The translations under genes were made by a program, and so were the position numbers. Positions 47,547 to 61,622 of a DNA stretch of 64,000 bases are shown here, in pieces. The stretch comes from Ministeria vibrans ATCC 50519. Taxonomy: Eukaryota > Protista > Filasterea. Below the pieces are notes generated by a model. That model was given only the letters and a program-made list of their open reading frames with translations. It did no database searches and had not been told where the DNA came from. The DNA lies in assembly GCA_943704425.1 (NCBI GenBank), contig CALSCP010001313.1, positions 1 through 64,000 on the forward strand, read 5' to 3'. Each line of letters starts with the position of its first letter. The first letter of the stretch is position 1.

Positions 47547-50500
47547 ATGCTGTCGCAATTTGCTCGCGGCGGTCTTGTGCAACTGCAGTCCTCTGCACGC
47601 ACTGCCCCGATTGCGTGGATTGGGCAGCAGGCGTCCGCGCGGATGTCGACAGTGAGCCAAACACCCTTTAGCGAACTTGTTGTTGGTGTCCCCAAAGAAT
47701 CGTTCCCCAACGAACGACGCGTTGCGCAGTCGCCGGCTACCGTGGGAAAGCTGTCCAAGCTTGGCTACAAGGTGATCGTTGAGTCTGGTGCGGGTGCCGG
47801 TGCGAAATTCTCCGATGCTGAGTATGTTGCGTCTGGCGCCAGAATCAAAGGGCGCGACGAAGTGCTGTCGACGGCCGACATCGTGCTCAAGGTGCGCCCG
47901 CCGACGCCCGAGGAGGCCCTTCAGCTTAAGAAGCACAGCCACCTGGTGAGCTTCCTGTATCCCGCTCAAAATGCGGATCTGGTGGCGACGCTGGCCAAGA
48001 ACGAGGTGAGCGCATTCGCCATGGACTGCGTGCCGCGCATCAGTCGCGCCCAGTCCATGGACGCGCTCAGTTCCATGGCCAACATTGCCGGCTACAAGGC
48101 GGTCGTGTTGGCCGCCGACCACTTTGGGCGCTTCTTCACCGGCCAGATCACCGCTGCTGGCAAGGTGCCGCCCGCCAAGATGCTCGTCATTGGCGGCGGT
48201 GTCGCGGGTCTCTCGGCTATTGGCACCGCCAAGAATATGGGAGCCATTGTGCGCGCGTTTGACACGCGTCCCGCCGTCAAGGAACAAGTGGCAAGCATGG
48301 GCGGCGAGTTCCTTGAGATTCCCGGCTTCGAGCTGGCCGAAGGCAGCGGCGGCTATGCCAAGGAGATGAGCAAAGAGTTCATCGACGCAGAGATGGCGCT
48401 ATTTGCGCGCCAGTGCAAAGACGTCGACATTGTCATCACGACAGCCCTCATTCCGGGCAAGCCGGCACCCAAACTAATCTCGCAAGAGATGATCGAGTCC
48501 ATGAAGGACGGCTCAGTTGTGGTCGATCTCGCGGCCGAGGCCGGCGGTAACATTGCCACGACCAAGCCAGGCGACCTCATTGTGCACAAGGGCGTCACCT
48601 GCATCGGCTACACCGACCTTCCGTCGCGCCTTGCCACACAGGCCAGCACTCTCTACGCCAACAACGTCACAACACTCCTCACCACCGCGCTCGGCAATAA
48701 ACAAGGCTTCGGCATTGACATTGGCGACGACGTGGTGCGCGGCTGCATTGTACTCGACCGTGGCAAGGGTATGTGGCCGCCGCCGCCGCCCAAGGGGGTT
48801 CCCGCCCCGCCCAAAGCCAAAAAGGTCGAGAAGAAGGTGGCGCCGCCGCCGCAGGACCCCTTCAAGGCCATGCTTAAGACGTCCGGCATGACTGCCGCAA
48901 CCCTCTCGTCGCTCATTGGCCTGGGCTTTATCTCGCCCAACCCCGCCTTTGCCCAGATGGTCAGCACGTTTGCCCTCTCGGGCATTGTCGGCTATCAGGT
49001 TGTGTGGGGTGTCTCGCCGGCACTCCACTCGCCCCTCATGTCGGTAACCAATGCCATCTCAGGCATGACTGCTGTCGGTGGACTCGCCCTTATGGGTGGC
49101 GGCCTCCTGCCACACACAAGTTCGCACATGCTTGCCTCGACGGCCGTTCTTATCTCCTCGATCAACATCAGCGGTGGTTTCCTTGTTACCAAACGCATGC
49201 TCGACATGTTCCGTCGTCCCACCGACCCCGCCGAGCACAACTATCTCTTCATGGCCCCCGCCGCCGCCATGCTCGGTCTGTTCGCGTACGGCTCGCACAT
49301 CGGCTTAAGCGACGTCACGCAGCTCACCTACCTTGCAAGTGGCGTCTGTTGCATTGGAGGCATCGGCGGGCTGGCGTCACAGCAGACAGCACGCATTGGC
49401 AACGCGCTGGGCATGTGTGGTGTGACGGGCGGTCTGGCGGCAACACTCGGCTCGGTCGATGTCAGCAATGATGTCTACGTGCAAATGGCGGGTGTCATGG
49501 GCATTGGCGGCACCATTGGCTTCCTCATTGCCAAGCGCATGGAAGTCACGGAGTTGCCTCAGGTGGTTGCTGCCTTCCACAGTCTTGTCGGTCTTGCCGC
49601 AGTCACGACCAGCGTGGCCGCCTTTGTGAACGGCTCGTTCGAGTCGGCCCTTGAGCACGGCATGGACGGCGTCCACAAGAGCGCCATCTTTCTCGGCACT
49701 TTCATTGGCGGCGTCACTTTTACCGGCTCCATTGTTGCTTTTGGAAAACTGCACGGTATCATGGGCAGCGCGCCACTGCAGCTGCCGGGCCGTCACCTGG
49801 CCAACCTGACCATGTTCCTGGCGAACGTGGGCGCCATGGGTGTCTTCCTGACGACTCCCGAGCCTATGATGGGCCTGGCCATGCTTGCCGCGACCACCGG
49901 CCTCTCCTTCACCATGGGTGCTCACATGACTGCAAGCATTGGCGGTGCCGACATGCCCGTCGTCGTACGAACACACTCACACAGACAATTATCAATTCTT
50001 TTTGTGTTTCTCAAAAAATTTCATTTTCCCTCCCTCTTTGTAGATCACGGTGCTCAACTCGTACTCGGGCTGGGCACTGTGTGCCGAAGGATTCATGCTG
50101 GGCTCTGATCTTCTGACCATTGTTGGTTCGCTTATTGGTAGTTCGGGTGCCATTCTGTCGTACATTATGTGCAAGGTACGGTGCCCCTAGGAAAATGTTC
50201 CCTAGGGTATGCCTCAGAAGAGCTGATTTTTTTTCTTTCTTTTTTTTTCTTTTTTCGTTCTTTTTTCTATGCGGTGTAATTAGGCGATGAACCGTTCGCT
50301 TCCCAATGTGATTCTGGGCGGCTTTGGCACAAACGCTACTGGGTATTGCAAAGAACGACTTTTTACTTTTTTGGGGGATGAACTTTTGAATGAACTTTGG
50401 ATGGACTTTGGATTAACATTTGGTTCTGAATGTAGCACTGGCGAGGCACTGCAGGTGACGGGAGAACACCGTGAAATTGACGTGGCAGGCACGGTGGAGG

Positions 50501-51239
50501 CGATGATGCAGGCCAAGTCGGTGATCATTGTGCCGGGCTACGGTCTGGCCGTCGCCAAGGCACAGTATGCCATTGCCGAGATCACCAAGCAGCTGACGGA
50601 CAACGGCTGCAAGGTGCGCTTTGCTGTGCATCCTGTAGCTGGTCGTATGCCGGGTCAGCTTAACGTGCTCCTTGCCGAGGCCGGCGTGCCCTATGATGTG
50701 GTCCTTGAGATGGATGAGGTATGGGCATTGAGTGATTCCAAGGCGGCTTTTTGTCTAAGGCTCACTCGCTTTGGTGTTCCTTTGGTGTGTGTTTTCTTTT
50801 AGATCAATGATGACTTTGCTGATACTGACCTGGTCCTCGCTATCGGTGCCAACGACACGATCAACTCGGCCGCTCTCGAAGACCCCAACAGGTGCGTTTT
50901 TTCAAAATAGCCTTGTTGCCCGTCCATCGAACGTCCATCTCATCTATATTGTGTTCTCTTCTTCAGCATCATTGCCGGAATGCCCGTTTTGGAGGTGTGG
51001 AATGCCAAGCAAGTGGTGGTCATGAAGCGGTAAGTGGCAATGAGTCGACATTGAGAAAGTAAGTTACTGAATAATGCCATTCTTTCGTATTATTATTTTG
51101 CAGATCGCTCGCATCCGGCTACAGCGACTGTCCCAACCCGGTGTTTGTCAAGGAGAACACTGAGATGCTTCTGGGCGACGCTAAAAAGACGTGCGATGCT
51201 TTGCGCAATGGCATCGAGTCGTACCTTGCTGCTCGCTGA
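47547..51239 (+). CDS. NNT: Mitochondrial NAD(P) transhydrogenase, alpha-beta fusion
   Basis: [49 protein letters not shown]|[44 protein letters not shown]. Confidence 0.97.
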
Positions 51240-51633
51240 GTCAGAGAGACGACATGAGGGAGATGATATGAGACTTAGCAAGAGAGAGAGAGGAGTTAGC
51301 GCGATAGTAAACAAAAGTCACAAAAAAAATAAAAATCGTGTAGTGCTGCTGAGTGGGACGGGAGGTTAGTGCCCTTCGTACTTAGTCAACCCTATGCAGT
51401 CTATACTCTAAGACGCGACTCACGCGAGCACTGTATCACTCTCTTAATTTGAGTCTCTTTTCGGTATTTCTTATAACGACGTACTTTCAAGTGACTAATA
51501 ATAATAATTTCAACTTTGAGTAAACATTAAAATTTGATTACTCTTCGCTTTGTACTGACCTCTTTTGAGTTCGACACACTGCGTCCTCCTTTGTAGTTGT
51601 ATTGGCGGGCGTTACCGCCCCTCTGCCTAAGAA

Positions 51634-51990
51634 ATGTCGCAGCGTGAGCCGCGAAAGGTTTGCCAGCGGTTTCACCTGTCTCGCCTGGCCCTGACACGCC
51701 GTCTTGCTCCACTTCCTAGCTGTCGTTTGGCTCGCTTCTAGGGCGTAGGTCCAGCAGCCACGGAAGTACTGGAAGGTAAGTGAGGCCGATTTCGCGTTTT
51801 TAAAGGGGGTTGATGAAAAATGTGTCGACTTTGCGCAGACGACAGTCCTCTGCGCCGTCCATTCTACCGACTCTCGAGCGTGTTTCCGTGGCGCCCGGAA
51901 CACTGTGCATTCATATCACCAACATCGAGGGTCTCAACAACCTCATCGACGGCCCTCTTGCTCCCGTTTGCGACATCACTTTCCGCTCAG

Positions 51991-52041
<51 letters not shown>

Positions 52042-52438
52042 GTGTGTCTCTCGCTCGCTCCTTCTCAACGTTTTCCTTTTTTTGTTAGATACACGCCAGG
52101 CACGCTCGCGTGTGAACCATCGTGATGATACCATTGAGTTTGAAGAGGTCTCCTTCAACGTCCCTGGCGCCAACTTGTTTCCGCACGAACTCCTCTCGCT
52201 GAGCATTTGTAATGCTGGGCAGTGCTTTGGCGAGGCCGATTGTTCCGTCTCCTTTGCCATGAATGGCCACGAGACCTCTACCATTCCCGTGTCCCACTAC
52301 TGTCGTCTACTCATGCGTCCGCCTTCGTCGCGTCTCGCCAGTTCCACGGCTTTCCTCGAACTCTCTTGGTCTCCCATTGTCCAACCACCCGCTCAACTTG
52401 TCATTAAACACACCGCTCCACCCAAGAAGGAGCGGCAC

Positions 52439-52480
<42 letters not shown>

Positions 52481-55400
52481 CAACAACATCCACTAAAACA
52501 ACAACAACCACAACAGCAACAACATCAACAACCGCACCATCAGTCTCCCAAAGGCTTTAGCCGTCGCGAACATGGCTCTGCCTCGAGTCTCGTCTCGGTG
52601 CTCACCAACTCGACTGTGCCCGACACAGCTGTAAGTGTCAACACTGACACAGTTCCCATCCATCGCGAGTCCCCCTCGTCGTCTCTGCCTCCACCCGACG
52701 TTGAACCTCTCTCGCCCGACGACAGTGTGTTCACGACCACCAATGGTAAGAGCCGCTTTAGTGTAGGAGACGAGACAAGCGATGAGAACTTTAGCGACGT
52801 CACCGAGGAGTTTCCAGAGGACAATGGCGAAGATGACCCGGACAGCTACTTCAACTCGACCAACCCTCGACCGGTCGAGAAGCGCGCACCCGCCCAGGAG
52901 CATACCATCCGCGCACCGCGTGCGCGTCCCATTACGGTCCCGCTCGCCAAGAAGAGTGACAGTGGAACAAAGAAGAAGAGTAACACGGTGATGGGGGCAG
53001 CGAACGGCCATGGCGCTGCTTCGTCAACGTCGGCGTGGGACAAGAAGACGACGGTCGAGCAGACGTCGTTTGCAGACCAGCTCAATGCGGAGCTGGACAG
53101 TCTATTTGAGGAGGAAGACACGGTGGCGGCACTCGACGAGCTCACGCGTGAACTTGAGACCACCACTGTTGCTGCGAGTTTTGCTGACAGCGATACTGAT
53201 GGCGCAAGCACGCGCTGCAACAGCGATGATGCTCTGCTGGGGGGTGTGCGAGGGTCCTCCTTGGTGACAGAGTCGTCGTCGTCGCCCGTGTCCACGTCGC
53301 CTAGCACGGTTGCAGCCAAGACGGTACGTGCCGCAGCGTCGACGATCCAGATCCACGAGAGCGACGGCGTGTACAAGACGCTGCAGGTGGATGAGACGAC
53401 AACGGTACGCGGTGTGGTTCTGATGATGCTCGCACGCTTTTTCCATGTCGCTGAGAGCGAGAACGCCGAAGGCAAGTACATGCTGTTGGTGCAGCTGCCG
53501 GACGGGAGCACGCGACGTCTCAAGAACGGCGAGCTTGTGCTTCATGTCAAGCGCCTCCTTGAGATGGACTCCTCCGTGCGCGGGTTCAAGTTTCGCCTTC
53601 AGCGCAACCTGGTACGCCGCAACAGCAGTGGACGGCGGACCGTCAACTCGGTCAAGAAGAAGCACCGTAGCGACTCGACGAATCGCAAGAAGGGACGCGA
53701 CAAGAAGAACCGCGGGAGCAAAATCACAGACATCGTGACGGGCGTCGAAGTGGTCGATCCGGTCGCCGACGATCTAAGCGACTGGTCACTTTTTGGTGGC
53801 AACTCACCCTCGCTCGACATTATGGTCGCCGAGCGTGTTGCCGCCGAGCGGATTCAGCGCACCAACTTGCTCAAGTCCAAGCGCACCCAGACGGCCAAAG
53901 TTGCGGCGGCGGTCGCTGTCGCTGCTGCTGCGGCGTCAACTGCCGCTGTTCCCGGTGTGCTGCCATTGTCATCTGCTGTTGCGATGAAAGGTTCCCCCAA
54001 GACCCGCCTTACTGCCGCCGCTGCCTTTTCCGCCAAAAATGCCTCGACTGCAGCCACCACCTCTGTACTTGTCCAACCCGCCACTGTGCCTGCTCCCTTG
54101 ATTGACCCCTCCTCGACGTCTTCTGTTCCCGGCCCTTCACCCTCCGTGACCTCCGACACGGCCTTGAGCGCGACCTCTCCGCCACCCCTGAGCCCACACA
54201 TTCCAAGAAGTGTCTTCCAATGGGACACAACAGCCGCGCAGCAGGCCATCAAGGACGCCAACAACGCTACTACCATCAACAATGGCAACAACATGACGGA
54301 CGCCATTGCAAAAAGCCCACACACCACCTCGTCCGTCACCACGCCCACCAACACCACCGCACCTGCTACTGCACCCACAGCCTCCTCATCACCATTGCTC
54401 GTACCACACGCGTCACAAACCAAGCCGCTCCTGGTGCACCCAGGGGCGACACATCAAGACACCTCCGGTGTCACAGCAGGAGCTGTGTCGCCGCAGAACG
54501 AGTCTCCCTCGTTGCTCCTCGAACTTGACGAGATTCTTTCGGACCTCGACCGGTCCGTCACGCTTCCAACCTCCACCACACCCACCATGCGTCCCAGTGC
54601 AACCACTAACGCTACGACTGTTGCCCGACCCCCGTCGTCGCCGTCGCTCACCTCGCCCTTTCTTGTGGCCCAATCTAGCCTCGACTTGAGCGTTGCGTCG
54701 CATCCCACCACGGGAGGCACACAGACGAGCGACATTGTGTCTCGGCTTGTCAATGAAAATAAACGACTGCGTGACCGACTGCATCGTCTTGAAGAGCGCG
54801 AACGGCGCAAGGTGACCACAACGCCCTTCAAACAATTCCATTTGCCAATACACCCGTCGCCAACGACAACGACACCGACGCCCCAGCCACCCAGTGCCGT
54901 GGCCGTGGGTCCAGGACGAGCCCAAGTGGCGCTATCACCGCACGAGCAAGTGAAGGGGCCCTCTCCTCTGCTGGCGGGTCCGTCTCTGTCGGACTCGAGT
55001 ATCGCCGACCTCGTCGATAGTGCAGTGGGTCCACTCCTTGCAAGCGCACCCCCAACCGAGCCCAATGCGAACGAATCGACCCGCTCGCTTTTTCAAATGC
55101 GCCAGCGTCAGCTGCAGATGCGTCAGATCCAATCGACACTCCCTGCGGCGGCGGCGGCGGCGGTGGAAACATCAACTCCTTCGCCTCACAATGATTCTCT
55201 GTCTCCTCTTCAACGTCTTCAGCAACAACAGTTCATTTTGCGGCAGCGACAACTGCAACAACAGCGTCCCATCCAACAACAGTCTCTACAGCCACTCCAA
55301 TTGTCTCACAATTTGTCTCCCAGTCACAAGCTTGAGGCGACGCGCGAGTCACAAGAGTTTCAACAGCCATTGCTTAAATCCCTTTTGCCTTGCAATGGGA

Positions 55401-56919
55401 GCAGTAGTAATAGTAGTAGTGGCGGTAGCGATGTGGCGCTTGCACAGGTGCAGCGGGAAGTGGAGTTTGAGCGAATGAAAGTGCGGGCACTGGAGGCACG
55501 CGTGAAGGAGATGCAGGAGCGCACGAACCTGCTGGAGGAGGAAACGGAGCGGCTCAGCGGTGACCGTGAAGCGGCTCAGTCGAGCCTCTCGTCGATGGGT
55601 CGTGACCTTGAAATGAAGGAACGTCAGCTCAAAGGTAATGTCGATATGATCACACATGCTGTTGTCACTGAATTGTGTTGGTACAGGCTCGCAGGATCAG
55701 TTGTTCCAGGCACTCAAGGACCAGTATCTGCTGCGTGGTGAGGTCGAGCGCCTCAAGCAGGGTGTCGGGCAGTATGTCATGCAGCTGCGCAACCAGAAGC
55801 GCAAGGTTAGCGCAAGGGAACGCCAAGAGCCTTCTTCTGACTGGACTCTTGTGCTTGTAGATCAATGTGATGAAGAACAATCTCAAGTTCCGACAAGGGG
55901 AGATTTCGCAGTTGCAGGCGGAAGTGGAGCAGCTCGAGGCGGACATCAAGTACGCAGCCTTGGTCAAGTACACTTGAGAGCGTCTCGCCTCACGCAACTG
56001 TTTGTAGGGCCAAGGATGTGCGGATCGGGTGGATGCAGAGTGAAATTTCTCCCGAGGTGCTGGCACAACACGTATCGCCACGGCCTAAGCGGTGTCCGTC
56101 GCTGGCCAAGGGCCGAGGGGCGCGACGGCGTGTGCGGTTTGCGCCTGAGATTGTGTTTCTCGATGCGGCACTCGACGGGAATCTGCACGAGGTGGAGCAG
56201 TTGGTTGAGAGCGGTATTGACGTTAATACCCGCAGCAGCCAAGGTAATGGGTCGTATAGGTGTTCATGAAATTATTTTTATTATTATCATAGTTATCATC
56301 ATTGTATTGATTGTTGGTTGCAGGTGTGACTGCGCTGCACAATGCGTGTTGCAACGGCCATGAGGATGTCGTGGAATACTTGTCGGAGAATGGGGCGGAT
56401 GTGAATGCGGTCGACGAAGACAAATGGTACGACGGAAGTGCCTCGCGAAACTGCTTAATCTTATCTGTCTGTGTGTGTGTGTGTGTGTGTGTTTTTTTTT
56501 TTCTTTTCTTTTTTTCTTCTGTATCATTATTAAATGGGTTGTATTCTTCTTCTTCTTCTTTTTCTTTTTTGATGTATGTGTAGGACACCGCTGCACTCTG
56601 CGGCGTGCTCGTGTTCGGTGAGGACGGTACAGCTGCTACTTCAACATGGCGCAGTGCTTAATCTGCTCAACACAGACGGCGAGACTGCCCTTGATGTGGC
56701 CGAAGATCCTTTCGTGATCCACACCCTCAAGAGTAAGTGCACCCCCCCTTTTTTTCAGCGTCTTCCATTACTGTTTTTTTTCTCTTCTTTTTGTTTTCTG
56801 TCTTCCAACTTTATTTCTTCCCTTTGTCTCTCTTTGCCTCTGTTTATCACTTTATTTCTCTCTCTATCACTTTATTTCTCTCTCTATCACTTTGTTTCTC
56901 TCTGTCTTTATCACTTTAT

Positions 56920-56954
<35 letters not shown>

Positions 56955-57443
56955 TGCTTACTCTCTTTCGCTTTCTCAAATTATGACGATCCTTCATATT
57001 ATATGTTCTTTCGCTATTCAGGTGCCGTTGAGCGCAAGGAGAAATCAACGTGGCTTTACGTTCTCTGTGACATTATGGGCGAGGTGAGTCACAGATCAAC
57101 CAGTATGAACAGCACCCCTTCTGAGACCTTGTTTTTTTTGTTTTTTTTTCCTTTACTCGCACAGGACGGGCAGCTGAACTTGCATGAGAACTCGCGTGTT
57201 CGTGTGGTGAATCGACCGAGTGCGGCTGCGTCGCCGTCGATCGCATCGAACCGCGAGACGAACAACCCAGCGTTGGGCGACGGCGAGCAGCTAGTCGCCA
57301 ACAACAACGGTGACACCGGCAGCACCAGCAGCAATGAGCAAGTCATCTGGCAGGTCGAATACAACGCAAGCATCTTCAGCGTGTCGGCTGCCTTCCTTGG
57401 CGAGTTCCCCAAGGGTGTCTCTGGCCTTACTTCATCGTGTTAG
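51634..57443 (+). CDS. ASPP/PP1-regulatory-like scaffold: RA domain, coiled coil, RVxF, ankyrin repeats, degenerate SH3
   Basis: RA: IQIHESDGVYKTLQVDETTT..RRLKNGELVL..FKFRLQR; RRVRFAPEIVFLDAALDG; GVTALHNACCNGH; WTPLHSAA; LYVLCD..WQVEY..FLGEFPK; 5' exons uncertain. Confidence 0.75.
56800..56975. repeat. Intronic TATCACTTT/(CT)n minisatellite
   Basis: Direct inspection. Confidence 0.85.
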
Positions 57444-57682
57444 TTGATGCCATTATATTGACAGACACTGTGATTGTAATGATTGTATTATTGATACCTT
57501 TTTTTTCCGTATAATACGTTTTGAGATTCTGAATTGTTTGTTGTTTAAGTAAAGTAAACTTCATTTTTTTCCCCTTCGTCTCCTCTCTGTGGGGCCTCTC
57601 ACCTCCATCGCCTGTCTTACCCCTCTTCCCTCCTACCACGTCTCTGCGCTTCATTTCGTCCGTTGATCGTTGAACGACCGCA

Positions 57683-59184
57683 ATGCGCAACACTGCCCCC
57701 GGCAAACCAGACGCGGACGACGACGAGCCGCCCGCTGCTCTCCCCTCGGTCAGGGCATCTTCGCGAACGTCAACGGTCCTAGCGAAAGCTTCTTCACACA
57801 CTGTGTCGACGTCGCTGGCGCACAATAGTTCGCGCGAGACCACCGCCTCCTCCACATCCACCGCACCTGCGGCTGGCCCCATCCCATTCGTCGCGTCGGC
57901 CGACAACACACAGCCAGACACCGCCGAGCAGGTGTCGCAAGTACCGCAAGCCAAAGAGGGGTTTCAACCCATCGCATCGCCGTTTTCATCCTCGGCAACA
58001 CCGACTGCAGAAGAGGGCACGGTGAAGCACAGCCTTGCACCGGCTACCCACACGTCAACTGCCGTATCAGACGCAGCACGACCGCATGCGCAACCGATTG
58101 ACACGGTTGGTGGGGCGCTTCAAGCACTTCTCTCGCAGCTTCCGCTTGAACCGAAGCCGCTTGACGCCACCAAACCCCTGTCCAGTGCTACCAGCGTCCC
58201 TGCCACTAGCATTGCCACGACATCCGCAACCGCAACCTCCCTTAGCGCTCCGCCCGGCGAGCTTTTGCCCCAAACGCGCCATGGAAGAGTTCGTCGTGCG
58301 CCCACCATTCATGCCGACTGCTTTCTCGCGCACGACAAAATTCCCCGTCAACGCACACTTCCAAAAAGTCGACCCCGAAAGACACCCCTCTCAAAAGCTG
58401 TTGCTGCAGCTAGGATGACGGAAGCTGTTGCTGCAGCTAAGAAGGTGGCGGATGCTGCACCTCCACAACGAGCAAAGGCGGGCGGTGGCAGCACACGTCC
58501 CTCACGCAGCACACCTCCCTCACGCAGCAGGAAACGAAAGGCAGACAGCACAGATACAGCCACGGAAACAGCAGATACAACATCAACAGCATCCTCAACA
58601 AAATCAACAACACCACCAACAGCAACAACAACAACAGTACCGTCATCAACAACGACAATCAATGGTAGGGCACGCAAGAAGCCAAAATTGCCAACGGTGG
58701 CTGATGTGCGCCAGGCGGTGAAAGGCACAACCATTGCCAAGACAGGCGCGACGATCCTTTCGGCAGAGCTGGGCAAGCACGCACCCACGAGCGCCGAGTT
58801 TCTCGTGCACAACACACACTCACCGCTGGGCGAGCCTCAGATCAACCTGCGCCATCTAGTGAACCACGCACGCTTCAGCAGTCTCGACGCGACCACCCGT
58901 GCCGCGCTTACGACACTCTTGCCCGCTTGTGACATTGGCGCAGACGGTACTGTCGCCGAGCACATTTTCACGTGCAACCCGTTTCTCTCTCAGGCGCTCA
59001 CCGAGTTCCGCCAGCACTTGCGCGAGGGGTTGCTCACGGCCGACGCAGAACGCAAACGGAAGAGGAGACAACGCGCATGCGAGCTCCGCCGTCAGAAGAT
59101 TCCCGACTGGAAGGTATTATTATTCTATTCTTATGGAGCACACACATACACACTAAGCGCAAACGCACACACAAAACACACAAA

Positions 59185-59216
<32 letters not shown>

Positions 59217-59378
59217 GAAGATGCCGTATGTACGCACGCTACTCACGACCACTCGTTTTTGTAGAAGCGCCACTTTGAAGAGTCATGGGGAGATCTGCAG
59301 CGGAAAGACGGACAAGAGGAAGAAATGCAAGAGGAGAGGGATGCGCATGATGATGGCAATGGTGACATGAGTGAATAA
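57683..59378 (+). CDS. ASX homology (DEUBAD) domain protein, ASXL-like
   Basis: SPLGEPQINLRHLVNHARFSSL..LLPACD..NPFLSQALTEFRQHLREG..DWK|KRHFEESWG. Confidence 0.8.
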
Positions 59379-59407
59379 TATACACATGTATACAAGTAAG
59401 TAGGACA

Positions 59408-60586
59408 CTACACCAATGGCTTTGAGAACCAGTCTACAACGTCGGTCGCTGCGGGGAGTGCAGAGGATGCTGGAGGGGGCGGGGGAGGCGGGGGAGGCGC
59501 CCCGTCGCCCGCAAGTTCGTTGGAAAGACCTTCGGCGGTGCACACGTCGGGGACTTGTGGCTGCTCGTGACACTGTTGTTGCTTCTGTTGGAGGGTGGCG
59601 AGGATGGTGCTGGCCATGGAGCCACTGGGAAGGGGCGTGATGGGCGAGCACGCAACGTAGCCGAGACGCGAATAGAAGCGCTGGCGGTCGTGTGTGCTCA
59701 GGTACGCTGTCGTACAAGACCATTGGGTGTCGCCGTTGCCTTGGCTGTTCATTCCCTGCGATGCAAGGTACAATTCGGTGCCGCGCATGAGAAGGGCGCC
59801 GAGTCGACGCCCGCGCAGTTCTCGGCGTATCACCACAGACTCTATCACGGCTCCCGTGCTGTCTTCGAGCGCTCGTGAGACCCGCGCAGCGCCCACAGTA
59901 GTCACTGCAGGTGCCGTGCCACTCTGGCTGTTGTCGTCGAGCACACCGCATTGTAACACCACGTAGGTGGGTAGGGATGCGCGGCAGTGACGCAACGAGG
60001 CGAGTCTCGCCGAGCTACTACGACCCCACTCATCGTGAAGCATATTAAAGCAGTCATCGGTGAGGCTGGGCTCCTCGTGAAGTAAATAGACGTCGGCGCA
60101 ATTGCACACAATGTGTGGCGAATACGTAAAGAGCGTCACGAGAGCACGGTGTGTGGCACACTCGCGCTGCTTCAGCCATGACACGACGCGATCGAGCAGT
60201 CGACGCCTGTCGTTGGGCTCCACATCAAGAGAGTGGATCCACCAGAATCGAGGAGACGCCTTCAGCGCACGTCGCTTCTCGTGTTCCGCAAGCGCTTCCG
60301 GGACCGACGCGCAAGGCGATTCAGTGACGAGCACCGTCGAGTGGCTGCCCAGTACCTCGAGATACCGTGGTTCGCGGACGATCACAATCAAATCAGGGAC
60401 AGCATCAAGCAGCGGCATGGCGTGAGGTGGCGTCGAAGGGTCTATCAGCACGAAGCAGGGTTGAGCGGCGCCGCTCAAATCCGCCACGGCTCCTTCCTGA
60501 TTTCTGACACCGCTTCCGTCCGCAACAAAGTAGCTGCCCGCAGGCAGCACCTTCTCGTCATTCTCTGCTCTTGAGAGGGAGTTCAT
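59408..60586 (-). CDS. NAA80: Actin N-terminal acetyltransferase NAA80-like GNAT with extra N-terminal domain; intronless
   Basis: LHDEWGRSSSARLASL, VGAARVSR, IESVVIRRELRGRRLG, YLSTHDRQRFYSRLGY, polyPro, terminal VDWFSKPL. Confidence 0.8.
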   Translation of the reverse strand: MNSLSRAENDEKVLPAGSYFVADGSGVRNQEGAVADLSGAAQPCFVLIDPSTPPHAMPLLDAVPDLIVIVREPRYLEVLGSHSTVLVTESPCASVPEALAEHEKRRALKASPRFWWIHSLDVEPNDRRRLLDRVVSWLKQRECATHRALVTLFTYSPHIVCNCADVYLLHEEPSLTDDCFNMLHDEWGRSSSARLASLRHCRASLPTYVVLQCGVLDDNSQSGTAPAVTTVGAARVSRALEDSTGAVIESVVIRRELRGRRLGALLMRGTELYLASQGMNSQGNGDTQWSCTTAYLSTHDRQRFYSRLGYVACSPITPLPSGSMASTILATLQQKQQQCHEQPQVPDVCTAEGLSNELAGDGAPPPPPPPPPASSALPAATDVVDWFSKPLV

Positions 60587-60691
60587 AGAAAAATTCTGAG
60601 AATCTGAGTAATCTCCTTCTTCACAAGTTTATACAGAGTTTGTTTGTTTCAATTTCATATCATTTCATTAAAGTCTTTGGGAGTGGCCACG

Positions 60692-61580
60692 ATGCAACGG
60701 CCCACTGGACCAGCGCCGCCTGTTAGTGCTTCGGTAAGGGAACGATCTTCAACGTCGTTCTGAGTGCTTATGTTTTCTCTTGGAAAGGCATCGACGTGGA
60801 AAGAGCACAAGACGGACGAAGGACGCACGTACTATTACAACACAGTCACAAAGCAGACGCAATGGGACAAGGTTTGTGTTCCGCGAAGGCGATTTAAAGG
60901 GTGAGTTTTGACATGCTGACGCGTTTGGTTGCTTGATAGCCTCCGGAGATGAAATCCCACGCGGAATTGCTGCTGTCGACGTGCCCCTGGAAGGAATTCA
61001 AGACGCCCGAAGGGAAGCCCTACTTTCACAACAGCACCACCAAGGAGACGGTCTGGAAGGTGCCCGACGAGCTGCAGCGCATTCGCGAGCAACTCGAAGC
61101 GGATCAGCAGCAGCGTGAAGCGCCCGCAGCCACCACTGCCGCCTCACTTGCCCTTGAAGGAGGCCCCGAGCCTGGCCAGGTTCCAGCGACCAAGCAATTT
61201 GCGTCGCACGAAGAGGTAAATTCATTTTCTTGTCGAATTTTGCATCGTCAAGCTTTTGACCTTTCTTTGCACCAAGGCGCACGAAGCCTTTATTGGGATG
61301 CTAGACACACACGATGTTGCTCACCTGCCCAAGTGGGAAGACGTACATCGTGTCGTGATGAACGACCCGCTCTTTTCAGCGCTGCACACCATGGCTGAAC
61401 GCAAAGGCGCGTTTGCCGATTTTCGAGCACGAAAAGCACGCGAAGCTCGTGCTATCGAGGCGAAGAAGGCACGTGAGCTGTGCGAGCAGCTGAAAGAACA
61501 CCTATTGAGTAAGTCTCCTTCACATTCTCTCGAGCGAACTTCTCTCCCCTTTCCCACACGCACACACACATAATAATTAT

Positions 61581-61622
<42 letters not shown>

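Noticed and set aside
50185-50210. CCCTAGG..CCTAGGG hairpin in an NNT intron
   Set aside because: Short single occurrence; could arise by chance
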